Shown here: positions 38,434-48,385 of the stretch, piece by piece
Position numbering within the stretch: position 1 is the stretch's first letter
Layout: each line of letters opens with the position of its first letter
DNA from: Cyanobacteriota bacterium
Lineage (GTDB): Bacteria > Cyanobacteriota > Cyanobacteriia > Cyanobacteriales > Nostocaceae
Length of the DNA stretch: 64,000 nucleotides
Direction: 5' to 3'
Assembly (NCBI GenBank): GCA_046045965.1
Contig: JBJOKS010000006.1
Location: forward strand, 64,001-128,000
Notes under the pieces: model-generated
What the model was told of the DNA's origin: nothing
Databases searched by the model: none
Seen by the model: the letters and a program-made list of their open reading frames with translations, nothing else
Program-made: the position numbers and the translations under genes

Positions 38434-39486
38434 TCAGTGAGATGAAGAATTAAGAACTCTAACTGCTTCAAGCTTCCAAACTTCTAATTCTGGTAATTTC
38501 CAGCGAAATGTTTGCACCTGCTGATCATCGGAGTAAAATTCTAGAAAATGTCGCCATGATTCTCTTGCACCTTCCTGTTCTCCCTGTACAGCTTGTACTT
38601 GTGCTAATAAACAATAAGCTGGAGCGTAATTACTTTCTAATTCCAGACATATGCGTAAATGTTGTTTTGCTTCTTGATAACGATTTTGCTGAAAATATGC
38701 CCAACCAAGATTTTTGTGTAATGTAACTTTAACGGTGTTATCTTTTACCCTTGACAAAATTGGTTCAATGAGTTGCACCGCATCTACACTATTTCCTTGG
38801 AGAATGTGCAACCGAGCTAAGTTATTAACAGCAGCATCAGCAGCACGATTTTGATATCTAATAGCAATTTGATAGTGACGAAAAGCCCCAGCTAAATTGT
38901 CTAGCTTTTCATAAGCTGCTCCTAAATTATAGTGAGCAGAACCATAGTTGTGATTGAATTCAACTGCTAATTCTAGATAAGATACCGCAACTGTAAAATC
39001 ACTATTGAGGTAGCTTTTATGTCCTATCTGATTGAGGGTTTTAGAAATTTGTTTCTTTTCTTGCTCATTCAAATTAAGGCGAGTGATTAATTTCTTAAAA
39101 TCTTCTGATTTGTGGGGATTAACTGATAGTAAATGCAATATAGATTCGGTAATGTTTTCCTGATCTTCATCTGTCGTTTCTGCTAGTTCTTGTGTAAATC
39201 TAGATTGACGATCAGTTAATAGTTCTGGTTTGTATTTAGCAAACAGTGCTACTAAGTCTGAGCGTTTATAACGACGAGTATCAGAAGGTTCATTACTCAG
39301 TCCAAATTCGTAACATATTCTTTCAATATATTTTCTGACAGATGGTTCTCCAATGTTCATAGCTTCAGCTATATCCACATCTGTCTCACCTGCTAGTATT
39401 TTTTGCAACACTTGTTTGCGTCTATCTGTCAGCTTGTTAAATATGTGTTCAAACTCTTGTTGATTCATCCTCGGTGTTACTTGCAT
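38434..39486 (-). CDS. LuxR/sigma4-like HTH plus TPR repeat protein
   Basis: LTDRRKQVLQKILAGETDVDIAEAMNI...VRKYIERI HTH. TPRs AHYNLGAAYEKL, AVNNLARL, LHKNLGWAYF and AYCLLAQV. Confidence 0.85.
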   Translation of the reverse strand: MQVTPRMNQQEFEHIFNKLTDRRKQVLQKILAGETDVDIAEAMNIGEPSVRKYIERICYEFGLSNEPSDTRRYKRSDLVALFAKYKPELLTDRQSRFTQELAETTDEDQENITESILHLLSVNPHKSEDFKKLITRLNLNEQEKKQISKTLNQIGHKSYLNSDFTVAVSYLELAVEFNHNYGSAHYNLGAAYEKLDNLAGAFRHYQIAIRYQNRAADAAVNNLARLHILQGNSVDAVQLIEPILSRVKDNTVKVTLHKNLGWAYFQQNRYQEAKQHLRICLELESNYAPAYCLLAQVQAVQGEQEGARESWRHFLEFYSDDQQVQTFRWKLPELEVWKLEAVRVLNSSSH

Positions 39487-39682
39487 TGGTTAAGTATTGA
39501 TCAGTAGTCACTTCACGAATGTGACTATTGTACAACAACTTATATCCATTATTGGTTTATTTTCTATCTATATTTTTATTTCTGCCCAAAACCTTGTGAC
39601 ACTTATTTCAGTCCAGGAATACCTCAATCTCTCCCATAGTCTTGACACTGGCAAGCAAATATGTCACATTTATAATTAAAGT

Positions 39683-39881
39683 TTATGTCACTCCAATATT
39701 TTTTATCCCGTGACATGGGTGTGGGAAGAAATGCTGCTAGAACGAAAGCTAGTCCGAACAAGGCAATCTCAATGTATTAATTAAAACTTAAGCGAAGTCA
39801 ATACTGAGGACATTTTCTGTCATATCTATATTTTAAAACTCACATAGTTAGCTAACCCTCTCAGATGAGAGAGGGTTTTTT
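39683..39881 (+). ncRNA. Candidate structured RNA of about 200 nt, or mRNA for a 31-aa peptide (39685-39780)
   Basis: TATAAT at 39671-39676. Stems ATGTCAC/GTGACAT, CTAG/CTAG and CTCA..GTATT/AATACTGAG. Terminator AACCCTCTC/GAGAGGGTT plus T run. Confidence 0.4.
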
Positions 39882-39902
39882 ATGACATCTAAAAGTAGCA
39901 CT

Positions 39903-39994
39903 TAACTTTATTAAGTTTATTAACTTTATTAAGTTTATTAATTAACTTATTATAAAAAATTAGTGATGACAAAAACGTAGTTTTCCTAAATACT
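39903..39994 (+). promoter_or_regulatory. Four 9-bp tandem repeats TAA(C/G)TTTAT plus TTAGTGATGAC-N19-ATACT
   Basis: Same motif order and the same 19-nt spacing as 38004-38088. Confidence 0.65.
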
Positions 39995-40026
39995 AGAGAC
40001 ATAAAGAAAGTAATTCCTATCCTACC

Positions 40027-40272
40027 ATGAATTCGCAAAAATATCATTCGTTTTCTATAGTCATGCTTGTTGAGCTTTATCCAGCATTAGGAATTTTATT
40101 AGGATTGACTTTAGTGTTACTTTTACAAACTTCATCAGACAAAGTATGTATTCAATTTCCATCAGCACCAGATCGGGGTATTCCTGAAAGAACCAATGGT
40201 GCTGGAACACGAGTAACAATTCAAAATCCTATAAATTTGGCAAATATTTTCAGACTCAGAAATTCTTTATAA
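40027..40272 (+). CDS. 81-aa peptide with a hydrophobic signal/TM segment and a PDRGIPERTNGAGTR motif
   Basis: ALGILLGLTLVLLL hydrophobic core. The Pro/Gly/Arg motif resembles the N-terminal motif of cyanobacterial DUF928 proteins (recalled, not searched). Confidence 0.55.
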   Translation: MNSQKYHSFSIVMLVELYPALGILLGLTLVLLLQTSSDKVCIQFPSAPDRGIPERTNGAGTRVTIQNPINLANIFRLRNSL

Positions 40273-40379
40273 TAAAATAGACTTAAACCCTCGAAATCAA
40301 ACTATAAAAAACGAAATTTTTTTAGGCTTGAATGTATTTGAATGCAGGGATATAGACTTATCTTGACTACCAGCCTAAG

Positions 40380-40512
40380 CTAAGTAGGTAGGCGTTAAAA
40401 ATTGTCGTTATGACGAGGCAGGAGGCAGGAGGCAGCTATGCTGGAGGGAAGAGGTTTTTAGGAATTTTAATTTTTTTTACATACCTCTGTTTTTTCATGC
40501 CGACTTACTTAG
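40380..40512. mobile_element. MITE-like element of about 130 bp
   Basis: Imperfect 22-bp TIRs CTAAGTAGGTAGGCGTTAAAAA and TTTTTCATGCCGACTTACTTAG (18/22 match), with internal GAGGCAG repeats. Confidence 0.7.
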
Positions 40513-40653
40513 TTTATCAATTTACTATTAAGCCATTTCATAGGATTATCAACTTATTTAAATTATGCTTTTTGCGGCTGTGTTTCTTAGGGTTTTTGTG
40601 CAGAACCTTGATCATTCTCCCCCCTCTCAACAGAAAGGGGGAAAAAGATGCAA

Positions 40654-41697
40654 TTAGAAAAACCAACCGTAAGAATGTAAACCCTTACCCAAAAGATTCA
40701 CACCCAAATAACAGATCCAAACTACAACAAAACCACCAGCGGCTAAAATTGCAGGTTTTCTACCTTGCCAACCGCGAGTAATTCTAGAATGTAGATAGGC
40801 TGCAAAAACCAACCAAGTAATTAAAGCCCAAGTTTCCTTTGGGTCCCAACTCCAATAAGAACCCCAAGCTTCATTAGCCCAAACACCACCGGCAATAATA
40901 CCAATTGTTAGTAAAGGAAAACCCAAACCAATCACGCGATAGCTGATATTATCTAAGGTTTCTGCCAGGGTGAGACGTTGAGGAGAAAGAATTTCCGCAG
41001 TTGAAATAGGCGCAGTTTTGACTACATCTAAAACAGCAGTACCATTACCATTGTTATTCGTTTCTAACCGGGAAAAACCATTGTTTTCAGATACAGAAGT
41101 TAGGGGTTCAGTTACTAACTCTCCAGCTTTGAGTAGTTTGTAACCATTGCTGCGATAACCACCATTACCAACAGAACTACCTTGTAATTGAATGTTTTGA
41201 CCACGTGTCACAATTAAAAAAGCGATCGCCAACAAAGAACCCACCATCAAAGCCGAATAACTCAACATCATCACACTGACGTGCATCATCAACCAATTCG
41301 ACTTTAAAGCCGGAACCAAAGGTTCAGAAACCTGCATTGCTGAAGGTAAGGTTAAAGTAGCAAAAGCTGTAATTCCCATCGCTACAGGAGCAGTTACAAC
41401 CCCCACCAAACGGCTACGACTTGTATTTTCAGCAAGTAGATGGACAGCAGTAATACCCCAAGTCAAGAAAAATAGAGACTCATAGAGATTACTGAGAGGA
41501 AAATAACCTGCTTCAATCCATCTTGCGCCTAATAAAGCAGCAATACACAAATTTGCGATCGCCATTCCAGCCGTCCCCAAAGCCGCAGTCACCGATAAAC
41601 TCGGAAAAGCCGCCCCCACCCAATACACCAGCATAGTGCAGAACAAAACAGCAAAGGAGGCATTATCCAGCCAGTTCTGGAGTACAACCAGATTCAT
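40654..41697 (-). CDS. ccsA: Cytochrome c biogenesis protein CcsA (annotated CcsB in many cyanobacteria)
   Basis: [15 protein letters not shown], the WWD domain [18 protein letters not shown], and GLHSYG. Confidence 0.95.
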   Translation of the reverse strand: MNLVVLQNWLDNASFAVLFCTMLVYWVGAAFPSLSVTAALGTAGMAIANLCIAALLGARWIEAGYFPLSNLYESLFFLTWGITAVHLLAENTSRSRLVGVVTAPVAMGITAFATLTLPSAMQVSEPLVPALKSNWLMMHVSVMMLSYSALMVGSLLAIAFLIVTRGQNIQLQGSSVGNGGYRSNGYKLLKAGELVTEPLTSVSENNGFSRLETNNNGNGTAVLDVVKTAPISTAEILSPQRLTLAETLDNISYRVIGLGFPLLTIGIIAGGVWANEAWGSYWSWDPKETWALITWLVFAAYLHSRITRGWQGRKPAILAAGGFVVVWICYLGVNLLGKGLHSYGWFF

Positions 41698-41858
41698 AAA
41701 CACTTCTCCCTAGTGAATCAGTTATTCAGTTATTCAGTTAACCAGGTCAACATAATTAAATATAAAACGCTCAGGAGATAGATCCCCGACTTCTCAAAGA
41801 AGTTAGGTATCTGGCCGACTATCCTGATCCTATCTACTTTTGGTCTTCTGACTCCTGA

Positions 41859-43568
41859 CTATTTAATTTTCTTAAGTTCTAGAAAAATGTCATATTGCTG
41901 ACTACGACTATCGTTGACAGCAGTTGTCACTCCAACTGTACGTATTGCATTCAGTAATGCTTGTTGACTGGGAGACATAGTATTGGTATTGAAAGTAAAA
42001 CTTTTAATGCTCCGTTCCATATCCAAGAAAAACAGACCCTTAGCGGGATTCAATTCTTGAGGAACAGTTTGTTGAAAAGAGAGAGTGCTGGCTAGTGTGT
42101 GATTAGGTTGGGTAACAATTTTATCGCTAATAGGAGCGCCTAAAACAAAAAAAAGCACATCCTCATCTAACCAACCATGAGTAGCAGTTAAAGTCCCAAA
42201 AGGTGAAATCCAATTCACAACAGGTTTACCCGTAATATTAGCTGATTCGACTTTAAACTGGTATTGATTTTTCACCACATCATCGAGATTTTGTAAAGCA
42301 GCTTCAGCAGATTGACGTAAATTACCCTGAGCATCACTAGCCTTAATCATAAACACCAAACCCGCCCGAAAATTATCCGGTGCTGCATCTTTGGGAGTAT
42401 TGGGAATTACAGCAACGGAAAATTCCCCTTGCATCCAACTCAGTAAATCTTGTTCTAAATCTAAATTTGTCAGAGATTTTACACTCTGTCGCAGTTGTTC
42501 AGGCTTGATAGGTGACAAAGGATTTCCCTTGGAAGTAGAAACATAGTCTGTCCACAAACGCTGTAAGTTACTACCAGACCACATCATTAAAGTTTCACTA
42601 GGAAGGCGATTTTGCATACTTCCAGCTTTATTTTCTACCGCCAGCACGCGCTTACTATTAGGGTTTAACCAAGAAACAGCCTTTAAACGCATTCCTTGTG
42701 GTTCTAAAGTGACACTTCCCGCCAAACCTTGGTTACTCTGGAGTTGCGTCAATACCTGAGCGGGTAAACGCCGATTTGGAGCTATAGCTGCTATTTTGGC
42801 AGCGATCGGTACATTGACATAAAATTGAGCCAATGGTTTATAACTGCTCATTTTTGAGAAATTTGTAGCAAAACCGCCTAATGTTGCTAAAGATACTTTA
42901 TTTTTATAAGCATCAATCGTCCTCTCCGTAGCTTTAGGATGATCTGTAATTACAATAAAACGCTGATCTATTAATGCTGCGGAAAGTTTTACCCCAGCTT
43001 GTCCTTCGGTTTGTTTAATGGAGATACCTTGATAATTGCGCTCAATCCATTTACCTTGTTTCAATGGTTTAGGTCGTGCCAACATACTTTTAGCCACTTC
43101 TGGATTTTTGATCGGCAAAACCATCACCATTGACTGTTCAGAAGTATCAGCATCTGTTCCTACTGGTTTAGGTGCAGAATTATCGACTGAAGGAGCTAAA
43201 ACAGCGATAGTGACTTCATCCCCTATCCAGGGTTGAATATCTTTCTCAAAGTTGTAACCATTGTTAGTTAAAAAGCGTTCTTGCAACTTGAACAGATTTT
43301 TATCCAGTTGCTTTTGAATTTCTGGCGTTCCAAACTCCCTTAACTTTTGCCACTGTTGAGTATCTGTTGTCAAAGAAACTGCAAACAAAGCATCTTCAGG
43401 AATAATATTTGTACCCGCTGGCAAATTTCTAGAAAATGGTTGTCCTACGGTCAAAAACCAATAAGCTGCACTTCCAGCACCAATTAATAACCCCGCTGCT
43501 GATAGCGTTAGCACCAAAGACGGTTTCTTTTTTTTCTTCATCACACCAGACACAATAGGTAGTGCCAT
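41859..43568 (-). CDS. DUF3352 domain protein
   Basis: N-terminal TM anchor, DIQPWIGDEVTIA and DLLSWMQGEFS. Confidence 0.8.
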   Translation of the reverse strand: MALPIVSGVMKKKKKPSLVLTLSAAGLLIGAGSAAYWFLTVGQPFSRNLPAGTNIIPEDALFAVSLTTDTQQWQKLREFGTPEIQKQLDKNLFKLQERFLTNNGYNFEKDIQPWIGDEVTIAVLAPSVDNSAPKPVGTDADTSEQSMVMVLPIKNPEVAKSMLARPKPLKQGKWIERNYQGISIKQTEGQAGVKLSAALIDQRFIVITDHPKATERTIDAYKNKVSLATLGGFATNFSKMSSYKPLAQFYVNVPIAAKIAAIAPNRRLPAQVLTQLQSNQGLAGSVTLEPQGMRLKAVSWLNPNSKRVLAVENKAGSMQNRLPSETLMMWSGSNLQRLWTDYVSTSKGNPLSPIKPEQLRQSVKSLTNLDLEQDLLSWMQGEFSVAVIPNTPKDAAPDNFRAGLVFMIKASDAQGNLRQSAEAALQNLDDVVKNQYQFKVESANITGKPVVNWISPFGTLTATHGWLDEDVLFFVLGAPISDKIVTQPNHTLASTLSFQQTVPQELNPAKGLFFLDMERSIKSFTFNTNTMSPSQQALLNAIRTVGVTTAVNDSRSQQYDIFLELKKIK

Positions 43569-43648
43569 AGCAACTAATACCTATAATTGGATAAGGTTAA
43601 GATTCCCGACTTGTTATATTAGTCGAAAATCTTGTTGTTGGCTGCAAA

Positions 43649-44278
43649 TCATTGGTTCTCATTTAGTGGTTTTATCTGTGTCTGACCCAGATATTTAGTT
43701 AAATAAGGTGAAAAAACCTCATAAATTAAGGTTAGAGGCTGTCCATGATGCCAAAACAAATAATGACGACCCCAAAAAGGACCAGCTTGATCAAATCCTG
43801 ACTCCAGCGCCTCTGAGTAACCACAGTAAATTCCTCGAATATCTCGATACAACTCAGTGCGGATACGTGCTAAACTTGCCCAAATTGGCAAAGAACGGTT
43901 TTGCAAAAATTCATCTACATGACTGGCTTCCCACCAGGAAGTAGCATAACCCAATCTTTGACCGGAGGCAGAACGCAGCCATACCTGTCGGCGCAGTCGT
44001 GGACCTGGGACTGCTTCAATTAAGCTAGGCGCGTGATCCGAGTTCATGCCAATTAAAGACATATCAATGACATCCACTTCTATCGGTTCAGAAGTGAGTA
44101 ATTGTAAATGTCTGGTTGGAGAACCATCACCCAATAGTAGCAATTGCCATGCTGGTGCTAACTGAGTGTGAGGCAACCCTTTTTGAATCTCTTCTTCTTC
44201 ACCTTGCCAAATAGGATCTAGGCAATGCCAAGCGGTTGGCAGTGTTAAGTTATTTGTGGGCGTAACAATAGTAGTCAA
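43649..44278 (-). CDS. ubiC: Chorismate lyase (UbiC/DUF98 family)
   Basis: LLLGDGSPTRHL, RRQVWL, PIW and IYEVFSP. Confidence 0.82.
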   Translation of the reverse strand: MTTIVTPTNNLTLPTAWHCLDPIWQGEEEEIQKGLPHTQLAPAWQLLLLGDGSPTRHLQLLTSEPIEVDVIDMSLIGMNSDHAPSLIEAVPGPRLRRQVWLRSASGQRLGYATSWWEASHVDEFLQNRSLPIWASLARIRTELYRDIRGIYCGYSEALESGFDQAGPFWGRHYLFWHHGQPLTLIYEVFSPYLTKYLGQTQIKPLNENQ

Positions 44279-44949
44279 TGTTGTTTACAAAACTTCACCT
44301 ATTTCTATGAAAGCACAAAAAACCCAGTCTCCCAACGGGATTCTGGATAAAATATGCTGACAAGTATTTTTGTACTCTTGCTACTAGTTTGGTGACTTGG
44401 TACTGTGAATCATCTACTAAGTGTTAGTGATAGGTAGGTACTATAGTATGTCTGTATTGGTTGTTTACTGAATTTACCTGTTGTATAGTTGGTTATTGAG
44501 TAATTTTTTGACCACTGAATTACACCTGCACTTAGTTATTGATTTTAATTTATATCAATTACCATAATATCATAATTCTTTGACAACATCATAGGTAAAT
44601 TTTCCTTGTTCAGTCTGGCTGCTTGGGAAAGCAACCCTTTCTACCCAAACTCCATCATGAAATTCTCTAATGTACTATAAAAAATAGAGATGGCTCATGT
44701 AAACTTAATCAAGTGGGAGTCAAAAGCACAAAGGTCTTTGAGTATTGTAAAATATAGTAGCGTCTTCATTGATTCGATACGCTTCATAAACGCGAAAAGT
44801 TGTATCTCCGTGAGAAAGCGATAGCCCGTTAGTAAAACAACGGCATTACTAACCATAGCAGCTTTCGCCGCGCAACAGAGGAATTTACATTGACCGAAAT
44901 TACAACCAATAAACGCGATTATAAGAAATATATACCCTGAGAATCATCT

Positions 44950-45825
44950 ATGTTCAATACAACTGAAATTATCATTGATGCTTTTGTAAATCAACTACGA
45001 GCAGGTTATCAACGTACCTACGGCGGTTTAAAAACAGATCATCAAGACATCATAGCTTGGGCTGGTAACATGGCTTTGGAAAACATAGCCAACAGCGATG
45101 CTTTATATCACAATGTTGAACACTCTGTTCTCGTTACCCTCGTTGGACAAGAAATTTTGCGCGGTAGACACATCCGAGAAGGAGGAGTTTCCAGTGAAGA
45201 TTGGTTACACGTGATCATCTCCTTATTATGTCATGATATTGGCTATGTCAAAGGAGTTTGTCGCGAAGACCAAGAAACAGAAAGCCTATATGCTACAGGA
45301 CAAAATGGTAACATGGTTTCTCTTCCTGCTGGTGCTTCTGATGCCAGTCTCACACCCTATCATGTAGATCGGGCTAAACTCTTTATTGATGAAAGATTTG
45401 GTGGACATCCTTTAATAGATGCGGAAGCAATTAAGAACAATATTGAATTAACAAGGTTTCCAGTTCCTAGCGCCGATGATCATCAAGATACCACCCACTT
45501 TGCTGGCTTAGTACGGGCTGCTGACTTGATTGGGCAATTAAGTGATCCCCGTTACTTGAAAAAAATCACAAGTTTATTTTACGAATTTGAAGAAACTGGA
45601 ATCAATAAAGCTTTAGGCTATAAAAACCCTGGAGATTTACGTAAAAACTACTCCAAATTTTACTGGAATGGAGTCTATCCTTATATCAAAGAAGGATTGC
45701 GTTATTTGTCTCTCACACAACAAGGAAAACAAGTTTTAGCGAATCTTTATTCCAATGTATTTGTGGTTGAACATGAAAAACAAAATGAAGAATTACGTTA
45801 TTTAGCTGAACAGTTAAATGCTTAG
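44950..45825 (+). CDS. HD-domain metal-dependent phosphohydrolase (conserved cyanobacterial family)
   Basis: YHNVEH, LCHDIGY, YHVDR and RAADLIGQ. Confidence 0.88.
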   Translation: MFNTTEIIIDAFVNQLRAGYQRTYGGLKTDHQDIIAWAGNMALENIANSDALYHNVEHSVLVTLVGQEILRGRHIREGGVSSEDWLHVIISLLCHDIGYVKGVCREDQETESLYATGQNGNMVSLPAGASDASLTPYHVDRAKLFIDERFGGHPLIDAEAIKNNIELTRFPVPSADDHQDTTHFAGLVRAADLIGQLSDPRYLKKITSLFYEFEETGINKALGYKNPGDLRKNYSKFYWNGVYPYIKEGLRYLSLTQQGKQVLANLYSNVFVVEHEKQNEELRYLAEQLNA

Positions 45826-46006
45826 ATAACCCAATTCAAGTAACTTCTAGTTGGGGCTGGTAATTGGTAATTGGTAATTATTGCCTTTGTTACCTGTTTC
45901 CTATCACCTGTTCTCTAACTAGCAAATTAAGTTAGGTAATTTAATTAGCCTTCTTTTATTGGTCATTAAGCTTATAGCAATCACTATTGTTTTGTGAATA
46001 AAAATT

Positions 46007-47122
46007 ATGAATTGGTGGCAGAGACTCAAGAAAAATCCTTTAGCAAGATTTGGTGCAAGCGTATTGTTAATATTTTATTTAGCAGTAATTGGTGCTGACT
46101 TTATTGCACCTTACAACCCTTACGATTCACAGCCAAATGGTTCACTACTACCACCTACTCGCATTTATTGGGCTTCTCCAGAAGGGAAATTCATCGGACC
46201 TCATATTTATCCAACAATTCAAGGAGACACAAGCCTAGAAACAGGTGAACGGAAACTAATTGTAGACTTTAAAAAACCTTCACCCCTGGGGTTATTTGTT
46301 TCCGGTCCAGAATATAGATTATTTCAACTGAGTTTACCCTTACCTCCCAAATGGGATGAAGTCACCATCATTCCTGGTATCCCTCTAAATTTGCATTTAT
46401 TTGGCTCTACTGGTGAAGCTAAATTTAACATTTTAGGTACTGATGAACAAGGAAGAGATCAATTTAGCCGTTTGCTTTATGGTGGAAGGATTAGTTTATT
46501 TATCGGTATTTTTGGCATCATCATTACCTATCCACTGGGTTTAATAATAGGTGGTATTTCCGGCTATTTTGGAGGTGTAATTGATAGTGTAATCATGCGT
46601 TTAGCAGAAGTGCTGATGACTTTTCCTAGTATTTATTTGTTAGCAGCATTATCAGGAGTTTTAAGCCCCCAATTAACCAGTACACAACGCTTTTTTCTAA
46701 TCGTTATTATTACTTCTGTAATTAGTTGGGCAGGTTTAGCTAGGGTAATTCGTGGTCAAGTTTTATCAATTAAAGAACGAGAATTTGTCCAAGCATCATT
46801 GGCAATGGGTGGTAAACCAATTTATATTATTCTCCGTCATGTTCTGCCCCAAACTGCTACTTATGTAATTATTTCTGCTACTTTGACAATTCCCAGTTTT
46901 ATTGGTGCAGAAGCAGTTCTGAGTCTCATTGGTTTAGGTATTCAACAACCTGATCCCTCATGGGGAAATATGCTTTCTCTAGCTAGTAATGCTTCGATTT
47001 TAGTATTACAACCTTGGCTGATTTTACCACCTGCAATCCTGATTATTCTCACAGTTTTAGCATTTAATTTACTGGGTGATGGTTTGCGCGATGCCCTTGA
47101 TCCCCGCAGTTTGCAAAGATAG
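46007..47122 (+). CDS. Peptide/nickel ABC transporter permease (DppC/OppC type)
   Basis: LGTDEQGRD, EAA-like loop EFVQASLAMG and FNLLGDGLRDALDP. Confidence 0.93.
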   Translation: MNWWQRLKKNPLARFGASVLLIFYLAVIGADFIAPYNPYDSQPNGSLLPPTRIYWASPEGKFIGPHIYPTIQGDTSLETGERKLIVDFKKPSPLGLFVSGPEYRLFQLSLPLPPKWDEVTIIPGIPLNLHLFGSTGEAKFNILGTDEQGRDQFSRLLYGGRISLFIGIFGIIITYPLGLIIGGISGYFGGVIDSVIMRLAEVLMTFPSIYLLAALSGVLSPQLTSTQRFFLIVIITSVISWAGLARVIRGQVLSIKEREFVQASLAMGGKPIYIILRHVLPQTATYVIISATLTIPSFIGAEAVLSLIGLGIQQPDPSWGNMLSLASNASILVLQPWLILPPAILIILTVLAFNLLGDGLRDALDPRSLQR

Positions 47123-47229
47123 GTAAAGATAAACAGCAAATTTCATCTTCATAAGGTACAAAAGGGCGGGCAAGATGCCCAGCCCACAAAACTTTAAATC
47201 ATCAAAAATAGAATTCCAAATCAAATCTT

Positions 47230-48255
47230 CTAATACCTAATTCTCGGATCTACATAAGCATTAAGAATATCAATCAAAATACTCGCACTCACAACAATAG
47301 CCCCAAAAAATACTAACACTCCCTGCACTGTGGGATAATCTCGGTCAGAAATTGCTTGATATAATCTATTTGCTAAACCAGGCCAGGAAAATGTTACTTC
47401 TGTTAAAATTGCTCCTCCTAATAAAGATGCAAATGTTAAACCTAAAACCGTAATTACGGGAATTAAGGCATTCTTTAAAGCATGGGAGACTAAAATCTTA
47501 TTTTCAGAAATTCCCCGCGCTCTAGCAGCTTCTACATAATCAGCTTTTAAGGTTTGTTTTAAATTTACCCTGACAATACGCTCAAAAATACCACTCAGCA
47601 AAATTCCCAAAGTTAAACTTGGTAAAGCGAGATGATGTAAAGCTGTAAAAAATTGACTGAAATTACCACTTAATAAACTATCAATTGTATATAAACCAGT
47701 AATAGTTGTCGGTGGGTTAATATTAGGAGGAAAACGGTTAGAATTAGGAAACCAACGTAATTGAACTGAGAAAATTAATTGTAATAACATTCCCGCCCAA
47801 AACATAGGAAGTGCATAGGTAATAATTCCAAATAAACGCCCACCGACATCAAAAGATGTTCCCGGACGAGAAGCGGAAAGTGTACCCACTAAAATTCCCA
47901 CAATTAAAGCCACCAGCATACTACAAACGGCTAATTCTACTGTAGCTGGAAAATGTTGGCTGATAATTTCCCACACATTTTGACCTCTACTTGTTAAAGA
48001 AGTTCCTAAATCAAAACGCAGAATTTGTCCTAAATAATTGAGGTATTGTAACCAAATAGGTAAGTCTAAACCTAGTTGTTTTCTTAATTCTTCTTTGGCA
48101 CTTTCTGGCGCACGTCCACCAAGAATTGCATCTGCGGGATCTCCTGGTGTGGCTCTCAATAAAAGAAAGACAATGCTGATAATAGTTAATAGTTGCAGTG
48201 GTGCAAAAAGCAACCGAGAAACTATGTAATACTGTAAAGCTTTAGAACGAGACAT
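47230..48255 (-). CDS. Peptide ABC transporter permease (DppB/OppB type)
   Basis: PGDPA, DLGTS, DYVEAARARG, FSWPGL and DPRIR. Confidence 0.93.
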   Translation of the reverse strand: MSRSKALQYYIVSRLLFAPLQLLTIISIVFLLLRATPGDPADAILGGRAPESAKEELRKQLGLDLPIWLQYLNYLGQILRFDLGTSLTSRGQNVWEIISQHFPATVELAVCSMLVALIVGILVGTLSASRPGTSFDVGGRLFGIITYALPMFWAGMLLQLIFSVQLRWFPNSNRFPPNINPPTTITGLYTIDSLLSGNFSQFFTALHHLALPSLTLGILLSGIFERIVRVNLKQTLKADYVEAARARGISENKILVSHALKNALIPVITVLGLTFASLLGGAILTEVTFSWPGLANRLYQAISDRDYPTVQGVLVFFGAIVVSASILIDILNAYVDPRIRY

Positions 48256-48261
48256 ATTTTA

Positions 48262-48336
<75 letters not shown>

Positions 48337-48385
48337 TAAAGACTTAATTTTTCTCACCCAGTCCCCAGTCCCCAGTCCCCAATAC

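Noticed and set aside
39497..39679. 60-aa ORF upstream of the HTH-TPR gene
   Set aside because: TTG start, no RBS, and it spans the motif-rich promoter region; probably a chance AT-rich frame.
40410..40781. 123-aa plus-strand ORF
   Set aside because: Starts inside a MITE and overlaps the ccsA 3' end antisense; the composition is not protein-like.
42310..42340. Possible degenerate small dispersed repeat (SDAQGNLRQ) in the DUF3352 gene
   Set aside because: Too diverged to support without an alignment.
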